Below, piece after piece: positions 24,737 through 33,286 of a stretch of 47,277 nt of DNA. The notes under the pieces are model-generated. The model was not told where the DNA came from and made no database searches. It saw only the letters and a program-made list of their open reading frames with translations. A program made the translations under genes and the position numbers. Each line of letters begins with the position of its first letter. Position 1 is the first letter of the stretch. The DNA comes from a virus. The DNA is taken from positions 1-47,277 of IMG/VR virus record IMGVR_UViG_3300048837_000371; one strand, written 5' to 3'.

Positions 24737-24766
24737 TTGCCGCCGCTGCCCGCGCGGTGCTATGGT
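24737..24766 (+). promoter_or_regulatory. Candidate sigma70 promoter for the replication block
   Basis: TTGCCG - 18 nt - TATGGT with TGc immediately 5' of the -10 (extended -10). Lies in the 166-nt gap before the primase gene. Confidence 0.3.
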
Positions 24767-24798
24767 CGCTCCCCCGGCAGGCAAAGCAAAACCGTGTA

Positions 24799-26931
24799 AT
24801 GACAGAGGGCCGCTCAATTCTGGCGGACTACGCCCGGCACGGCTGGGCGTTGGTCCCGATCCCCGCCGGTCGCAAGGGACCCATCACGGCGCGCTGGAAT
24901 ACGCGCGACATGGTGATAACCGACCCGGCCATCGCCGAGCATCTGGACGGCAACGTGGGGCTTGCGCACGCATACAGTGGCACGTGCTGCATAGACGTGG
25001 ACGACCTGACGCGTGCGGTCGCTTGGCTCGAGGAGCGCGGGCTGCACCTGGACGAGTACCTCAACGCGCACGACGCGGTGCGTATTGAGTCTCGTCCCGG
25101 TCGAGCGAAATTACTCTACGCACTGAGTAAACCGCTGCCGTCGTTCAAGCTCGGCAACGGCGCGCTTGAGTTGCGCTGCGCTTCCGCGGGCGGGCTCACG
25201 GTGCAGGACGTGCTGCCTCCGAGCGTGCACCCCGACACGCGCAAACCCTACACCTGGGCGTACAACGCCAAGGGTGCACACTGGTCCAAGCTGCCGCCGA
25301 TCCCGGGCTCGCTGCTCTCGCTGTGGCAGGGGCTCATTACGACGCAGGCGCCGACGCCCCCGCGCGCAACGGCTCGCACGACGGTCGAGGATGCGCCGCG
25401 ACTGCGCGCTTTGCTCGAACTGCACGACCCGGACGGCCCGTATGACGACTGGCTCGCGGTCGGCATGGCCTTGCACCACGAGCTGCGCGGCCATCAGTCC
25501 GGACTCATGCTCTGGAACGAGTGGAGCGCGAAGGGCCAGAAGTACAAGGGCGTCGGCGACCTCGAAACGCACTGGCGCAGCTTCCGGCTCGACCACGACA
25601 ACCCGCGCACGCTGGCATCGCTGCGCAAGTTCGAGCCAGCGACGGCCGACGAGTTCCCCGACGTGCCGGAGGAATACGTATCGCGCGGGCCGCGCAGCGC
25701 GCCGCTCGCGGATCCACCGCCGAAGATCGCCGGGCGCGGCAATCGCGACGTTGCGCTCGAGGCGCTGCGCACGGTCAAGCGGTCGAAGCTCGGCACCATT
25801 GAAGCGAGGATTTCCAACGTGACAGCGGTCCTGAGTGTGTCGGACGTGGCGGGCGTTGACCTGATGCTAGACGACTTCCTGGACGCGATCATGGTCGCCG
25901 ATAAGGACAGCAACCAATGGCGCCCGTTCACGGACTCGGACTACACGCAACTGCGCATCTGGCTTGAGACGGGCGCGAACTGCGACCCGATCAGTAACGA
26001 GATGATGCGCCATGCGGTGCGGCTCGTGGCCGAGCGCAATCGGCAGGACACCGCAAGGCTGTGGCTCGAGGGGCTTGAGTGGGATGGCGTCGAGCGGATC
26101 GACACGTTCTGCCCACGCTACTTCGGCACCAATGATGAGGAATACGAGCGCGCCGTCGGCCGGTACCTATGGACGGCGCTCGCCGGGCGCATCATGGACC
26201 CCGGCTGCCAAGTGGACATGGTGCCCGTGCTGATCGGCGGGCAGGGCATCGGCAAAACGCAAGGCGTGAAGGCGCTGGTGCCGGCCTCCGACCACTACGT
26301 AGAAATCAGACTCGACGAGCCCGACGAGGCCATCGCGCGCAAGCTGCGCGGCACGCTGATCGGCGAGCTGGCTGAAATGCGCGGCCTGCGCGCGGCGGAC
26401 ATCGAGCGCGTCAAGGCGTTCATTACCCGCACGCACGAGAAGTGGACGCCGAAGTACCAGGAGTTCGCCACGACCTACGCGCGCCGTCTCGTGATCGTCG
26501 GCACTACGAACGACGAGGAATTCCTACCGGCGGACACCGAGCACCGCCGCTGGCTGCCGCTGCACACCGGGGGCGTTGACGTGCCCGGGATCCGCCGCGA
26601 CCGCGACCAGCTATGGGCGGAGGCGCTCGTGCGCTGGACCGTCGAGGGCATCCATTGGCACGGCTTCGAGCGGCTCGCCGCGCCCGCTCGCGAGCAGGCA
26701 GCCGGCGCCGACGTGTGGGAGGAACTGGTGGCCGCCTACATCTACGAACACAAGGGCGCCATCACCATGCACGACATCCTCACGAACGCGCTCGGGCTCG
26801 ACGTGCGCACCACCAACCGGACGCACGAGCTGCGCGTGGGGAAGATCCTGCGCTCGCTCGGCTACTCCAGGACGACTGTGCGCGATGGCGGTAAGGTCCG
26901 TCGCGTATGGGCGCTTGATGTGATTGCCTGA
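24799..26931 (+). CDS. Primase-polymerase (AEP) fused to PriCT-like and VirE/D5-type P-loop NTPase domains
   Basis: 710 aa from ATG 24799 (alternative GTG at 24757). YARHGWALVPIPAGRKGP, CCIDVDD, LPPSVHPDTRKPYTW (Prim-Pol motifs). YDDWLAVGMALHHE (PriCT-like). VPVLIGGQGIGKTQG Walker A and a VIVGTTND Walker B region. Confidence 0.85.
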   Translation: MTEGRSILADYARHGWALVPIPAGRKGPITARWNTRDMVITDPAIAEHLDGNVGLAHAYSGTCCIDVDDLTRAVAWLEERGLHLDEYLNAHDAVRIESRPGRAKLLYALSKPLPSFKLGNGALELRCASAGGLTVQDVLPPSVHPDTRKPYTWAYNAKGAHWSKLPPIPGSLLSLWQGLITTQAPTPPRATARTTVEDAPRLRALLELHDPDGPYDDWLAVGMALHHELRGHQSGLMLWNEWSAKGQKYKGVGDLETHWRSFRLDHDNPRTLASLRKFEPATADEFPDVPEEYVSRGPRSAPLADPPPKIAGRGNRDVALEALRTVKRSKLGTIEARISNVTAVLSVSDVAGVDLMLDDFLDAIMVADKDSNQWRPFTDSDYTQLRIWLETGANCDPISNEMMRHAVRLVAERNRQDTARLWLEGLEWDGVERIDTFCPRYFGTNDEEYERAVGRYLWTALAGRIMDPGCQVDMVPVLIGGQGIGKTQGVKALVPASDHYVEIRLDEPDEAIARKLRGTLIGELAEMRGLRAADIERVKAFITRTHEKWTPKYQEFATTYARRLVIVGTTNDEEFLPADTEHRRWLPLHTGGVDVPGIRRDRDQLWAEALVRWTVEGIHWHGFERLAAPAREQAAGADVWEELVAAYIYEHKGAITMHDILTNALGLDVRTTNRTHELRVGKILRSLGYSRTTVRDGGKVRRVWALDVIA

Positions 26932-26971
26932 CCATGCTACAAGTCCACCAACCCACAGGAGGGTTCACCCC

Positions 26972-27418
26972 ATGACCGTTACCGTTACCTTTGCGGGCGA
27001 CGTGCCCACCATCCTTTCCGAAATGCGCGACTTCCTCGGCGCAGTTGCGAACGATTCGCAACCCGCCCCGGCGATGCCGGCGCCCGTCGAGCTGACCCCG
27101 AAGCCCGCCGCGCGCCGCGGCCGCCCGCCGAAGGCTGCCGAAACGGCCCCGGAGCCGCCGGAGAGCCCGCAGGAGCCGACCTCCCCGGAGCCCGAGCCGA
27201 CGCCCGCCCCGCCCGCAGTCGAGGCGCCAGCGGCCGCGAGCGTTGACGTGGCGGAGGTCCGCAAGGCTCTGATCGCCGTCGTCCAGAAGGTCGGCAAGGC
27301 TGAGTGCGCCGCGCTCTGCCAGAAGCACGGCGGCGCCAACCTGACCGCGCTCGACCCGGCGGTCTACCCGGCGCTGCTGGCCGACGCCCGGGCCATGCTC
27401 GAGAAGGCGGCGGGCTGA
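26972..27418 (+). CDS. Hypothetical protein with AT-hook-like motif
   Basis: 148 aa from ATG 26972 (AGGAGG RBS). ARRGRPPKA is embedded in a Pro/Ala/Glu linker. Helical C-terminal domain. Confidence 0.65.
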   Translation: MTVTVTFAGDVPTILSEMRDFLGAVANDSQPAPAMPAPVELTPKPAARRGRPPKAAETAPEPPESPQEPTSPEPEPTPAPPAVEAPAAASVDVAEVRKALIAVVQKVGKAECAALCQKHGGANLTALDPAVYPALLADARAMLEKAAG

Positions 27419-27421
27419 TTC

Positions 27422-28684
27422 ATGCCGGCCGCACACGCCAGGTTCTCGCCCAGCGCTGCTGAGCGCTGGGTGAACTGCCCCGGGTCCGTTGCACTGTCCC
27501 GGGACCTGCCGGCCCAGCCTCCGTCGCGCTATGCGGCGGAGGGCTCGGCGGCTCACACGCTGGCCGAGCGCGCCATTGCGCACGGCAAGCCAGCCGATTT
27601 CTGGATCGGCGAGCAAATCGAGCACGACGGCTTCGTGTTCACCGTGGACGCCGACATGGCGGCCTACGTGCAGGTCTATCTCGACGAGGTGAACGCCCGG
27701 GTGGGCGACGGCACGTTGCTGGCCGAGCAGCGCGTCGGGTTCTCCGAGGCGATCGGCGTACACGACCAGTTCGGCACGTCGGACTGCATCATCCTCTCCG
27801 CCGACGGCAAGCGGCTCGTGGTGGGCGACCTGAAGTACGGGCAGGGTGTGCAGGTGTTCGCCGAGAACAACCTGCAAATGCTGACCTACGCGGTCGCCGT
27901 GTTCGAGACGTTCGACGCCGTGCTCGACTTTTCGGCGGTCGAGGAGATCGAGCTGTTCATCTGCCAGCCACGGCTCGACCACATCGACTCATGGGTAGCG
28001 ACTCCGGAGCAGATTCGCGAGCACGCGGCCAAGCTGCGCCTTGCGGCCGGAGCCGCGATCGAGGGGCTGTACGCACTCGACGAGGGCGAGCCAATCCCCG
28101 ATGAGCTGTTCCGCGTCACCGAGAAGGGGTGCCAGTGGTGCCCGGTCAAGCCGACGTGCGCCAAGCATCGCGAGTTCGTCTCGGCCGCCGTGTTCGACGA
28201 CTTCAAGGCGCTCGAGGACCCGGAGAGCGTCGCCGTGCTCGGTGCGCCGCCCGTGCCGGGCAGCCCGGACAAGCTGGGCAAGCTGTTCGGCGTGCTCGAC
28301 ATCGTGGAGGGCTGGTGCCGCTCTGTGCGCGCGGAGGTCGAACGGCTGGTCATGGCGGGCACCGAGGTCATCGGGCCGGACGGCGAGCGCATGAAGGTGA
28401 TCGAGGGCAAGAAGGGCAACCGCTCGTGGTCGGACAGCGACCAGGCAGCCGCCGTGCTCTCGACGCTACTCGGGCCGGACAATGCCTACACGCGCAAGCT
28501 GCTGACCCCGGCGCAAGTCGAGAAGGCGATGGGCAAGAAGCGCAAGCAAGAGTTTGCCGACATGCTCGCGCCGCTCACCACTCAGTCGCCCGGCCGACCG
28601 AAGGTGACGCTGGGGAGCGATCCGGCACCGCCGTGGACTGGCAGCGCGGATGCCGACGAGTTCGAGGCGATCGGCGATGACTAA
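27422..28684 (+). CDS. PD-(D/E)XK exonuclease, Cas4-like (DUF2800 family)
   Basis: 420 aa. N-terminal RFSPSAAERWVNCPGS, TSDCIIL...VVGDLKYGQG (D...D.K) and C-terminal CQWCPVKPTC form a Cas4/AddB-style Cys cluster. Confidence 0.8.
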   Translation: MPAAHARFSPSAAERWVNCPGSVALSRDLPAQPPSRYAAEGSAAHTLAERAIAHGKPADFWIGEQIEHDGFVFTVDADMAAYVQVYLDEVNARVGDGTLLAEQRVGFSEAIGVHDQFGTSDCIILSADGKRLVVGDLKYGQGVQVFAENNLQMLTYAVAVFETFDAVLDFSAVEEIELFICQPRLDHIDSWVATPEQIREHAAKLRLAAGAAIEGLYALDEGEPIPDELFRVTEKGCQWCPVKPTCAKHREFVSAAVFDDFKALEDPESVAVLGAPPVPGSPDKLGKLFGVLDIVEGWCRSVRAEVERLVMAGTEVIGPDGERMKVIEGKKGNRSWSDSDQAAAVLSTLLGPDNAYTRKLLTPAQVEKAMGKKRKQEFADMLAPLTTQSPGRPKVTLGSDPAPPWTGSADADEFEAIGDD

Positions 28685-28814
28685 GCATCGCAACCCGATC
28701 CTGCAGCGCGCGGTGCGCAAGGCGCTGCAGGACGCGCGCCGCCCGCCGCGCCGCCCGATGGGGCCGGAGGTGTTCGCGATCATCAAGCGCATCGTGGACG
28801 ATGCAACGCGATGA
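28677..28814 (+). CDS. Possible basic 45-aa protein
   Basis: The ATG overlaps the nuclease gene end by 8 nt, and the stop overlaps the next start (ATGA). Below the ORF-track cut-off. Confidence 0.3.
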   Translation: MTKHRNPILQRAVRKALQDARRPPRRPMGPEVFAIIKRIVDDATR

Positions 28815-29011
28815 TTACGAATCCGCCGTTCGTGCCACAGAAAGGTCAGCCCGCCTACCATCTGCGGGACTCGACGCCGGAGGAGCTGGAACAGCACCGC
28901 CGGATGGTGGCGAAGATGGAACAACTCAGGAATTGCAGCGCCTCGAGTCGCTGTGATACGCTGATCGCGCCTCTCGAGGCAGAAACGCGAAACACGACAC
29001 TCGAACCCTAA
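28811..29011 (+). CDS. Hypothetical protein
   Basis: 66 aa. It begins MITNPPF (see rejected items). Confidence 0.45.
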   Translation: MITNPPFVPQKGQPAYHLRDSTPEELEQHRRMVAKMEQLRNCSASSRCDTLIAPLEAETRNTTLEP

Positions 29012-29032
29012 CCACGAATGGAGAACCACGAA

Positions 29033-29608
29033 ATGACGACCGCAACTCTCGACAAGCGCATCCTCCTGCAGAACGTGCGCCTCGCTTTCCCGAACCTCTG
29101 GCAGCCCCGCGCATCGCAGGACGGCGGCAAGGCCAAGTACGGCGCCTCCCTGATCCTTCCGCACGACCACCCGGCCGTCAAGGCGATCCGCGCCCTGCTG
29201 CCGAAGGTCGCCAAGGAGAAGTGGGGCGACAAGGCCGACGTGATCTTGAAGGGCCTCGAGAAGCAGGACCGCATCTGCCTGCACGACGGCGACGTGAAGG
29301 CTCAGTACGACGGCTTCGCCGGCAACCTGTTCGTTTCCGCGAACAGTGACGGCCGCCCCAGCGTGCTCGACCGCGACAAGACTCCGCTGGCTGCGACGGA
29401 CGGCAAGCCCTACTCCGGCTGCTACGTGAACGCCAGCATCGAGCTGTGGGCGCAGGACCACCCGAAGCACGGTAAGCGCATCAACGCGCAGCTCCGCGGC
29501 GTGCAGTTCTTCAAGGACGGCGATGCGTTCGCCGCGGGTAGCCCGGCGTCCGAGGACGAGTTCCCCGACCTCGGCGATCAGGGCGACGACCAGGATCCGC
29601 TGGCCTGA
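29033..29608 (+). CDS. DUF2815-type ssDNA-binding-like protein
   Basis: 191 aa from ATG 29033 (GGAGAA RBS); the ORF-track start is 29018. VRLAFPNLWQP...KYGASLILP and an acidic tail DEFPDLGDQGDDQDPLA. It sits between the DUF2800 and polymerase genes, as in known DUF2800-DUF2815-PolA modules. Confidence 0.7.
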   Translation: MTTATLDKRILLQNVRLAFPNLWQPRASQDGGKAKYGASLILPHDHPAVKAIRALLPKVAKEKWGDKADVILKGLEKQDRICLHDGDVKAQYDGFAGNLFVSANSDGRPSVLDRDKTPLAATDGKPYSGCYVNASIELWAQDHPKHGKRINAQLRGVQFFKDGDAFAAGSPASEDEFPDLGDQGDDQDPLA

Positions 29609-29614
29609 CGAGCC

Positions 29615-29678
29615 GCGCCGGGCCGCAAGACTAGATGTTCGGACTAAGTTCCCCGACTTCATAGAAGCGGCCCGGCGC
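29615..29678. promoter_or_regulatory. 12-bp perfect GC-rich inverted repeat enclosing a 40-nt loop, ending 10 nt before the polymerase start codon
   Basis: gcgccgggccgc (29615-29626) and gcggcccggcgc (29667-29678) are exact reverse complements. The loop is visibly more AT-rich. Confidence 0.5.
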
Positions 29679-29688
29679 ATCTCTACCC

Positions 29689-31734
29689 ATGCTGTTGTTC
29701 ATAGACACCGAGACGTACAGCCCCGTCCCGATCGACCGCGGCCTTGCGCGCTACGCGACGCAGGTAGAGGTCATGATCGTAACGTGGGCGCTCGACAACG
29801 GCCCCGTACACGTGTGGGATCGCACGCGCGACCCGGCCATCCCGCCCGCGCTGCTGACGGCCGCGCTGCAGTGCGATCGTGTCGTCGCGCACAACGCGCA
29901 GTTCGATTCCTACGTGATCGAGCACGACGTTCCGGACCTTGCGGTGGCGCTCGATGGCAAATGGTACTGCACGATGGCCGCGTGCCTGCGCCACGGGCTC
30001 CCGGGCGGGCTCGACAAGCTCTCGACGATCTTCCGACTCACGACGGACGCGAAGCACGACGGCAAGGCGTTCATTCACTTGTTCTGCAAGCCGGACAAGC
30101 ACGGCAAGCGCAACACGCGGCTCACGCATCCCGAGGCGTGGCGCGACTTTCTGGCCTACGCTAAGAATGACATCGCGGCGATGCGCCAGGTCTACGCGAA
30201 GTGCCCGAAGTGGAACGACTCGCCGTTCGAGCTGGCGCTGTGGGACCTCGACCAGAAGATCAACCGCCGCGGCATCGCGGTCGACACGGCGTTCGCCGCC
30301 GCTGCGGTGCGCGCGACGACCGCCGAACAGAAGCGCCTCGGGCAGCGCACGAAGGAACTCAGCAACGACGTGCTGGACCGCACCACGCAGCGCGATCGGC
30401 TGCTGGCATTCCTGTTCGCGGAGCACGGCGTTGACCTGCCGGACCTCAAGGCCGACACGGTGCAGCGCCGCCTCGACGACCCCGAGCTGCCGGACTACGT
30501 GAAGGAACTGCTGCGCATCCGCCAGAAGGCAAGCAAGGCGTCCACCAGCAAGTACAAGCGCGTGCTCGAGCAAGAGGTTGCCGGCCGCCTGTACTTCCTC
30601 CTGCAGTATTGCGGCGCGCTGCGCACCGGGCGCTGGGCCGGGCGCAGTGTACAGCCTCAAAATCTCCCGCGCCCGGCGCACGACTTCGACGAGGTGCTGT
30701 TCGCGATCGACGCCGTGCTGCAGGGCGCCGAGGACGTGCTCCTGGACGACATCATGGGCATCATGTCGAGCGCCATCCGCTCAGTGCTCGTAGCTGCGCC
30801 CGGCCGGAAATTGTGCGTCAGCGACCTTGCCAACATCGAAGGCCGGACGCTCGCGTGGATCGCCGGCGAAGAATGGAAGCTGCAGGCGTTCCGCGAGTAC
30901 GACGCCGGGACGGGTCCGGACCTCTACAAGCTGGCCTACGCGCGATCGTTCCGCATCGCGCCGGAGGACGTGGACAAGCCGGGCCGCCAGATCGGCAAGG
31001 TGCAGGAGCTAGCTCTAGGGTACGAGGGCGGCGTCGGGGCATTCGTCGCGATGGCCGCAACCTACGGCATGGACCTCGAGGAACTCGCCGAGCGCGCCCG
31101 GCCCGCCATCCCCGCCAACGTGCTCGCCGATTCCGAATCGACATGGCAATGGGCCAAGCGGCACAACCGCACGTTGGGGCTGTCGCAGGACGTGTACGTG
31201 GTCTGCAACGCGCTCAAGACGCTGTGGCGCGAAGCGCACCCGCAGACCGTCTCGCTCTGGTCGAGAGTCGAGACGGCCGCGCGCTGCGCGATTCTGAATC
31301 CGGGCGAGGTGTACACCGCAGGGCGCCTAGCGTTCGACCGCAAGGGCGCCTGGCTGCGGATGCGGCTGCCCTCCGGGCGCTACCTGTTGTACCCCAACCC
31401 GAAGCTCGAGGGCGAGAAGCAGCAGATCCACTTCGCCGCGTGGAACGTCTACCGCAAGGCATGGAGCCATGAGCCCACCCACGGCGGCAAGATGGTCGAG
31501 AACGCGTGCCAAGCGATTGCGCGCGACGTGATGGCGGACGCCATGCCGCGCGTTGAGCAGGCCGGCTATCCGATCGTGCTGACCGTGCACGACGAGCCGG
31601 TGACGGAACCGCTCGACTCCGACGTGTTCTCGTCGGACGGGCTCAGCGCGATCCTTGCCACCAACCCCGAGTGGGCTGATGGCTTACCGCTCGCCGCGGC
31701 GGGCTTCGAGACTACGAGGTACAGGAAGGAATGA
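29689..31734 (+). CDS. Family A DNA polymerase with 3'-5' exonuclease domain
   Basis: 681 aa. Exo I LFIDTET, Exo II HNAQFD, Exo III YAKNDIAAM. Pol motif A VSDLANIEGR, motif B RQIGKVQELALGYEGG, motif C LTVHDEPV. Confidence 0.9.
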   Translation: MLLFIDTETYSPVPIDRGLARYATQVEVMIVTWALDNGPVHVWDRTRDPAIPPALLTAALQCDRVVAHNAQFDSYVIEHDVPDLAVALDGKWYCTMAACLRHGLPGGLDKLSTIFRLTTDAKHDGKAFIHLFCKPDKHGKRNTRLTHPEAWRDFLAYAKNDIAAMRQVYAKCPKWNDSPFELALWDLDQKINRRGIAVDTAFAAAAVRATTAEQKRLGQRTKELSNDVLDRTTQRDRLLAFLFAEHGVDLPDLKADTVQRRLDDPELPDYVKELLRIRQKASKASTSKYKRVLEQEVAGRLYFLLQYCGALRTGRWAGRSVQPQNLPRPAHDFDEVLFAIDAVLQGAEDVLLDDIMGIMSSAIRSVLVAAPGRKLCVSDLANIEGRTLAWIAGEEWKLQAFREYDAGTGPDLYKLAYARSFRIAPEDVDKPGRQIGKVQELALGYEGGVGAFVAMAATYGMDLEELAERARPAIPANVLADSESTWQWAKRHNRTLGLSQDVYVVCNALKTLWREAHPQTVSLWSRVETAARCAILNPGEVYTAGRLAFDRKGAWLRMRLPSGRYLLYPNPKLEGEKQQIHFAAWNVYRKAWSHEPTHGGKMVENACQAIARDVMADAMPRVEQAGYPIVLTVHDEPVTEPLDSDVFSSDGLSAILATNPEWADGLPLAAAGFETTRYRKE

Positions 31735-31997
31735 GCGTCGACATCTTGGTGGGCGATTGTGTCGACCTCATGCGCTTGTGCCTGCCGAATCAGTCGGTGC
31801 ATTGCTGCGTCACCTCGCCGCCCGACCTGATCGAGCCTTGCGTCTTGGCAGGGTGCCCGGTGGGCGGAACGGTACTGGACCCGTTTGGCGGCGCTGGTAC
31901 TACTGGACTCGTGGCCCAACGCCACGGTAGGAATGCGGTGCTTTGCGAGATCAACCCTGGATACGCCGCGTTAGCGGAAGCGAGGATGAAAGAATGA
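31731..31997 (+). CDS. Collapsed N6/N4 (beta-class) DNA methyltransferase remnant, 88 aa
   Basis: The N-terminal 32 aa, ILVGDCVDLMRLCLPNQSVHCCVTSPP(D), correspond to the region up to motif IV (D/S-PPY). They are joined directly to GGTVLDPFGGAGTTGLVAQRHGRNAVLCEINPGYAALAEARM (motif I FxGxG and the C-terminus). The 150-200 aa normally between them are missing. ATGA overlaps at both ends. Confidence 0.7.
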   Translation: MSVDILVGDCVDLMRLCLPNQSVHCCVTSPPDLIEPCVLAGCPVGGTVLDPFGGAGTTGLVAQRHGRNAVLCEINPGYAALAEARMKE

Positions 31998-32320
31998 TCG
32001 ACCCAGGCCCCAATCCGAAGAAGCGCGCGCGCAAGATCCGTGAACGCGACGTGGAGGCGTACCTCGTCAAGCGCGTCGAGGGGTTCGGCGGCACGTGCGA
32101 GAAGTTCTCGAGTCCGGCGAAGCGCTCGGTGCCGGATCGCCTCGTGTGCTGGCCGGAGCCGAGCGTGTGTTTCGTCGAGTGCAAGGCGCCAGGCGAAGTA
32201 CCGACGCCGCCGCAGGCGCGCGACCACGAGCGGCGCCGCAAAATGGGCTTCCGAGTGTATGTTGTTGACACTAAGGGAGCGGTCGATGAGTTCATCCAAA
32301 AAGAGGTATCCAGTCTGTGA
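31994..32320 (+). CDS. VRR-NUC domain nuclease
   Basis: 108 aa from ATG 31994 (ATGA overlap, GAGGA RBS). ERDVEAYLVKRV...PDRLVCWP...FVECKAPG (D...E.K) and GFRVYVV. Confidence 0.7.
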   Translation: MIDPGPNPKKRARKIRERDVEAYLVKRVEGFGGTCEKFSSPAKRSVPDRLVCWPEPSVCFVECKAPGEVPTPPQARDHERRRKMGFRVYVVDTKGAVDEFIQKEVSSL

Positions 32321-32466
32321 AGAACCGAATCGAAATCCCCGAAGCGCCCCGCGGCAAGCGCGGCCGCCGCGAGCGTGACGACGAGCCCAAGGCGGAGGAC
32401 AAGGCGCCGCGCAAGTGGAAAGAGCGCGATGGCTTCCATCAGGGCGCCAAGGTGACGCGTCGATGA
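32317..32466 (+). CDS. Possible highly charged 49-aa protein
   Basis: The GTG is in a GTGA overlap with the VRR-NUC stop and the TGA is in an ATGA overlap with the next start. It exactly fills the 142-nt gap. Below the ORF-track cut-off. Confidence 0.35.
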   Translation: MKNRIEIPEAPRGKRGRRERDDEPKAEDKAPRKWKERDGFHQGAKVTRR

Positions 32467-32711
32467 GCTACGTGGATCACGTACTGGCGATCTCCGCCCG
32501 GTTGGAACGCGAAGGGAAGGACATGCCGGATCGCATAGTGGTGTCGCCCGCCGTCTGGGAAGCGCTCTTGCACGAGAACGCAAAAGAGCTTCGCTACGAC
32601 GCATTCACCGATACCCCGCGGTTAGTCGGCCTTGCGATACGACGGTCGCCTGCGCTCGCGTCCGGTTTTGCCTTGTTCAAAGGCGACAAGCTCTTGACGG
32701 CGGTCCTGTGA
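32463..32711 (+). CDS. Hypothetical protein
   Basis: 82 aa from ATG 32463; the ORF-track start is 32415. Confidence 0.5.
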   Translation: MSYVDHVLAISARLEREGKDMPDRIVVSPAVWEALLHENAKELRYDAFTDTPRLVGLAIRRSPALASGFALFKGDKLLTAVL

Positions 32712-33286
32712 AGGTCCTCGTAGCGTGCGAGGAGTCCGGCATCGTGCGAGAGGCGTTTCGCGCCCGCGGCCATGACGCGTTCTCGTGCGATCTCGAGCCC
32801 GCGCGCGACGGCAGCCTGTACCACTTACGATTCGACGTGCGCGACGCGCTGATCCCCGGGCAGTGGGACCTGATGATCGCCCACCCGCCTTGCGACGACA
32901 TCGCCTGCAGCGGCGCCCGATGGTTCCCCGAGAAGATCGCCGACGGCCGGCAGCAGCGTGCGCTCGACTTCGTGCAGCTATTGATGGACGCGCCCGTGCC
33001 GCGCATCTGCATCGAGAACCCGGTGAGCGTCATATCCTCTAAGATTCGCAAGCCTGACCAGATTATCCAACCGTGGCAATTCTGGCACCTCGACGTGCCC
33101 GGCACTGGCGAGGTGAAAACTACGTGCCTGTGGCTCAAGGGTTTGTCGCCGCTGGTGCCAACAACGCCGCTCGAGACAGGGCGCTATCAGGCGTGCTGGC
33201 TCATGGGGCCTAGTCCTACGCGCAAGCGCGACAGGGCTACCACGTATCGCGGCATCGCCGATGCGATGGCACAGCAGTGGGGTTGA
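32708..33286 (+). CDS. Short C5-cytosine-methyltransferase-like protein lacking a target-recognition domain
   Basis: 192 aa; GTG in a GTGA overlap. KVLVACEESG occupies the motif I position but without FxGxG. IAHPPCDDIACSG is PC motif IV-like. ICIENPVS is ENV motif VI-like. KTTCLWLKGLSPL follows. Confidence 0.55.
   Translation: MKVLVACEESGIVREAFRARGHDAFSCDLEPARDGSLYHLRFDVRDALIPGQWDLMIAHPPCDDIACSGARWFPEKIADGRQQRALDFVQLLMDAPVPRICIENPVSVISSKIRKPDQIIQPWQFWHLDVPGTGEVKTTCLWLKGLSPLVPTTPLETGRYQACWLMGPSPTRKRDRATTYRGIADAMAQQWG

Noticed and set aside
28811-29011. The 66-aa ORF begins MITNPPF, resembling motif IV (NPPF/NPPY) of N6-adenine methyltransferases. The preceding mini-ORF ends ...IVDDATR.
   Set aside because: It is a single 4-5 residue motif at the very N-terminus with no motif I or any other MTase block downstream, and the two ORFs are in different frames. 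It is probably chance; at most it is an unrecognisable relic.
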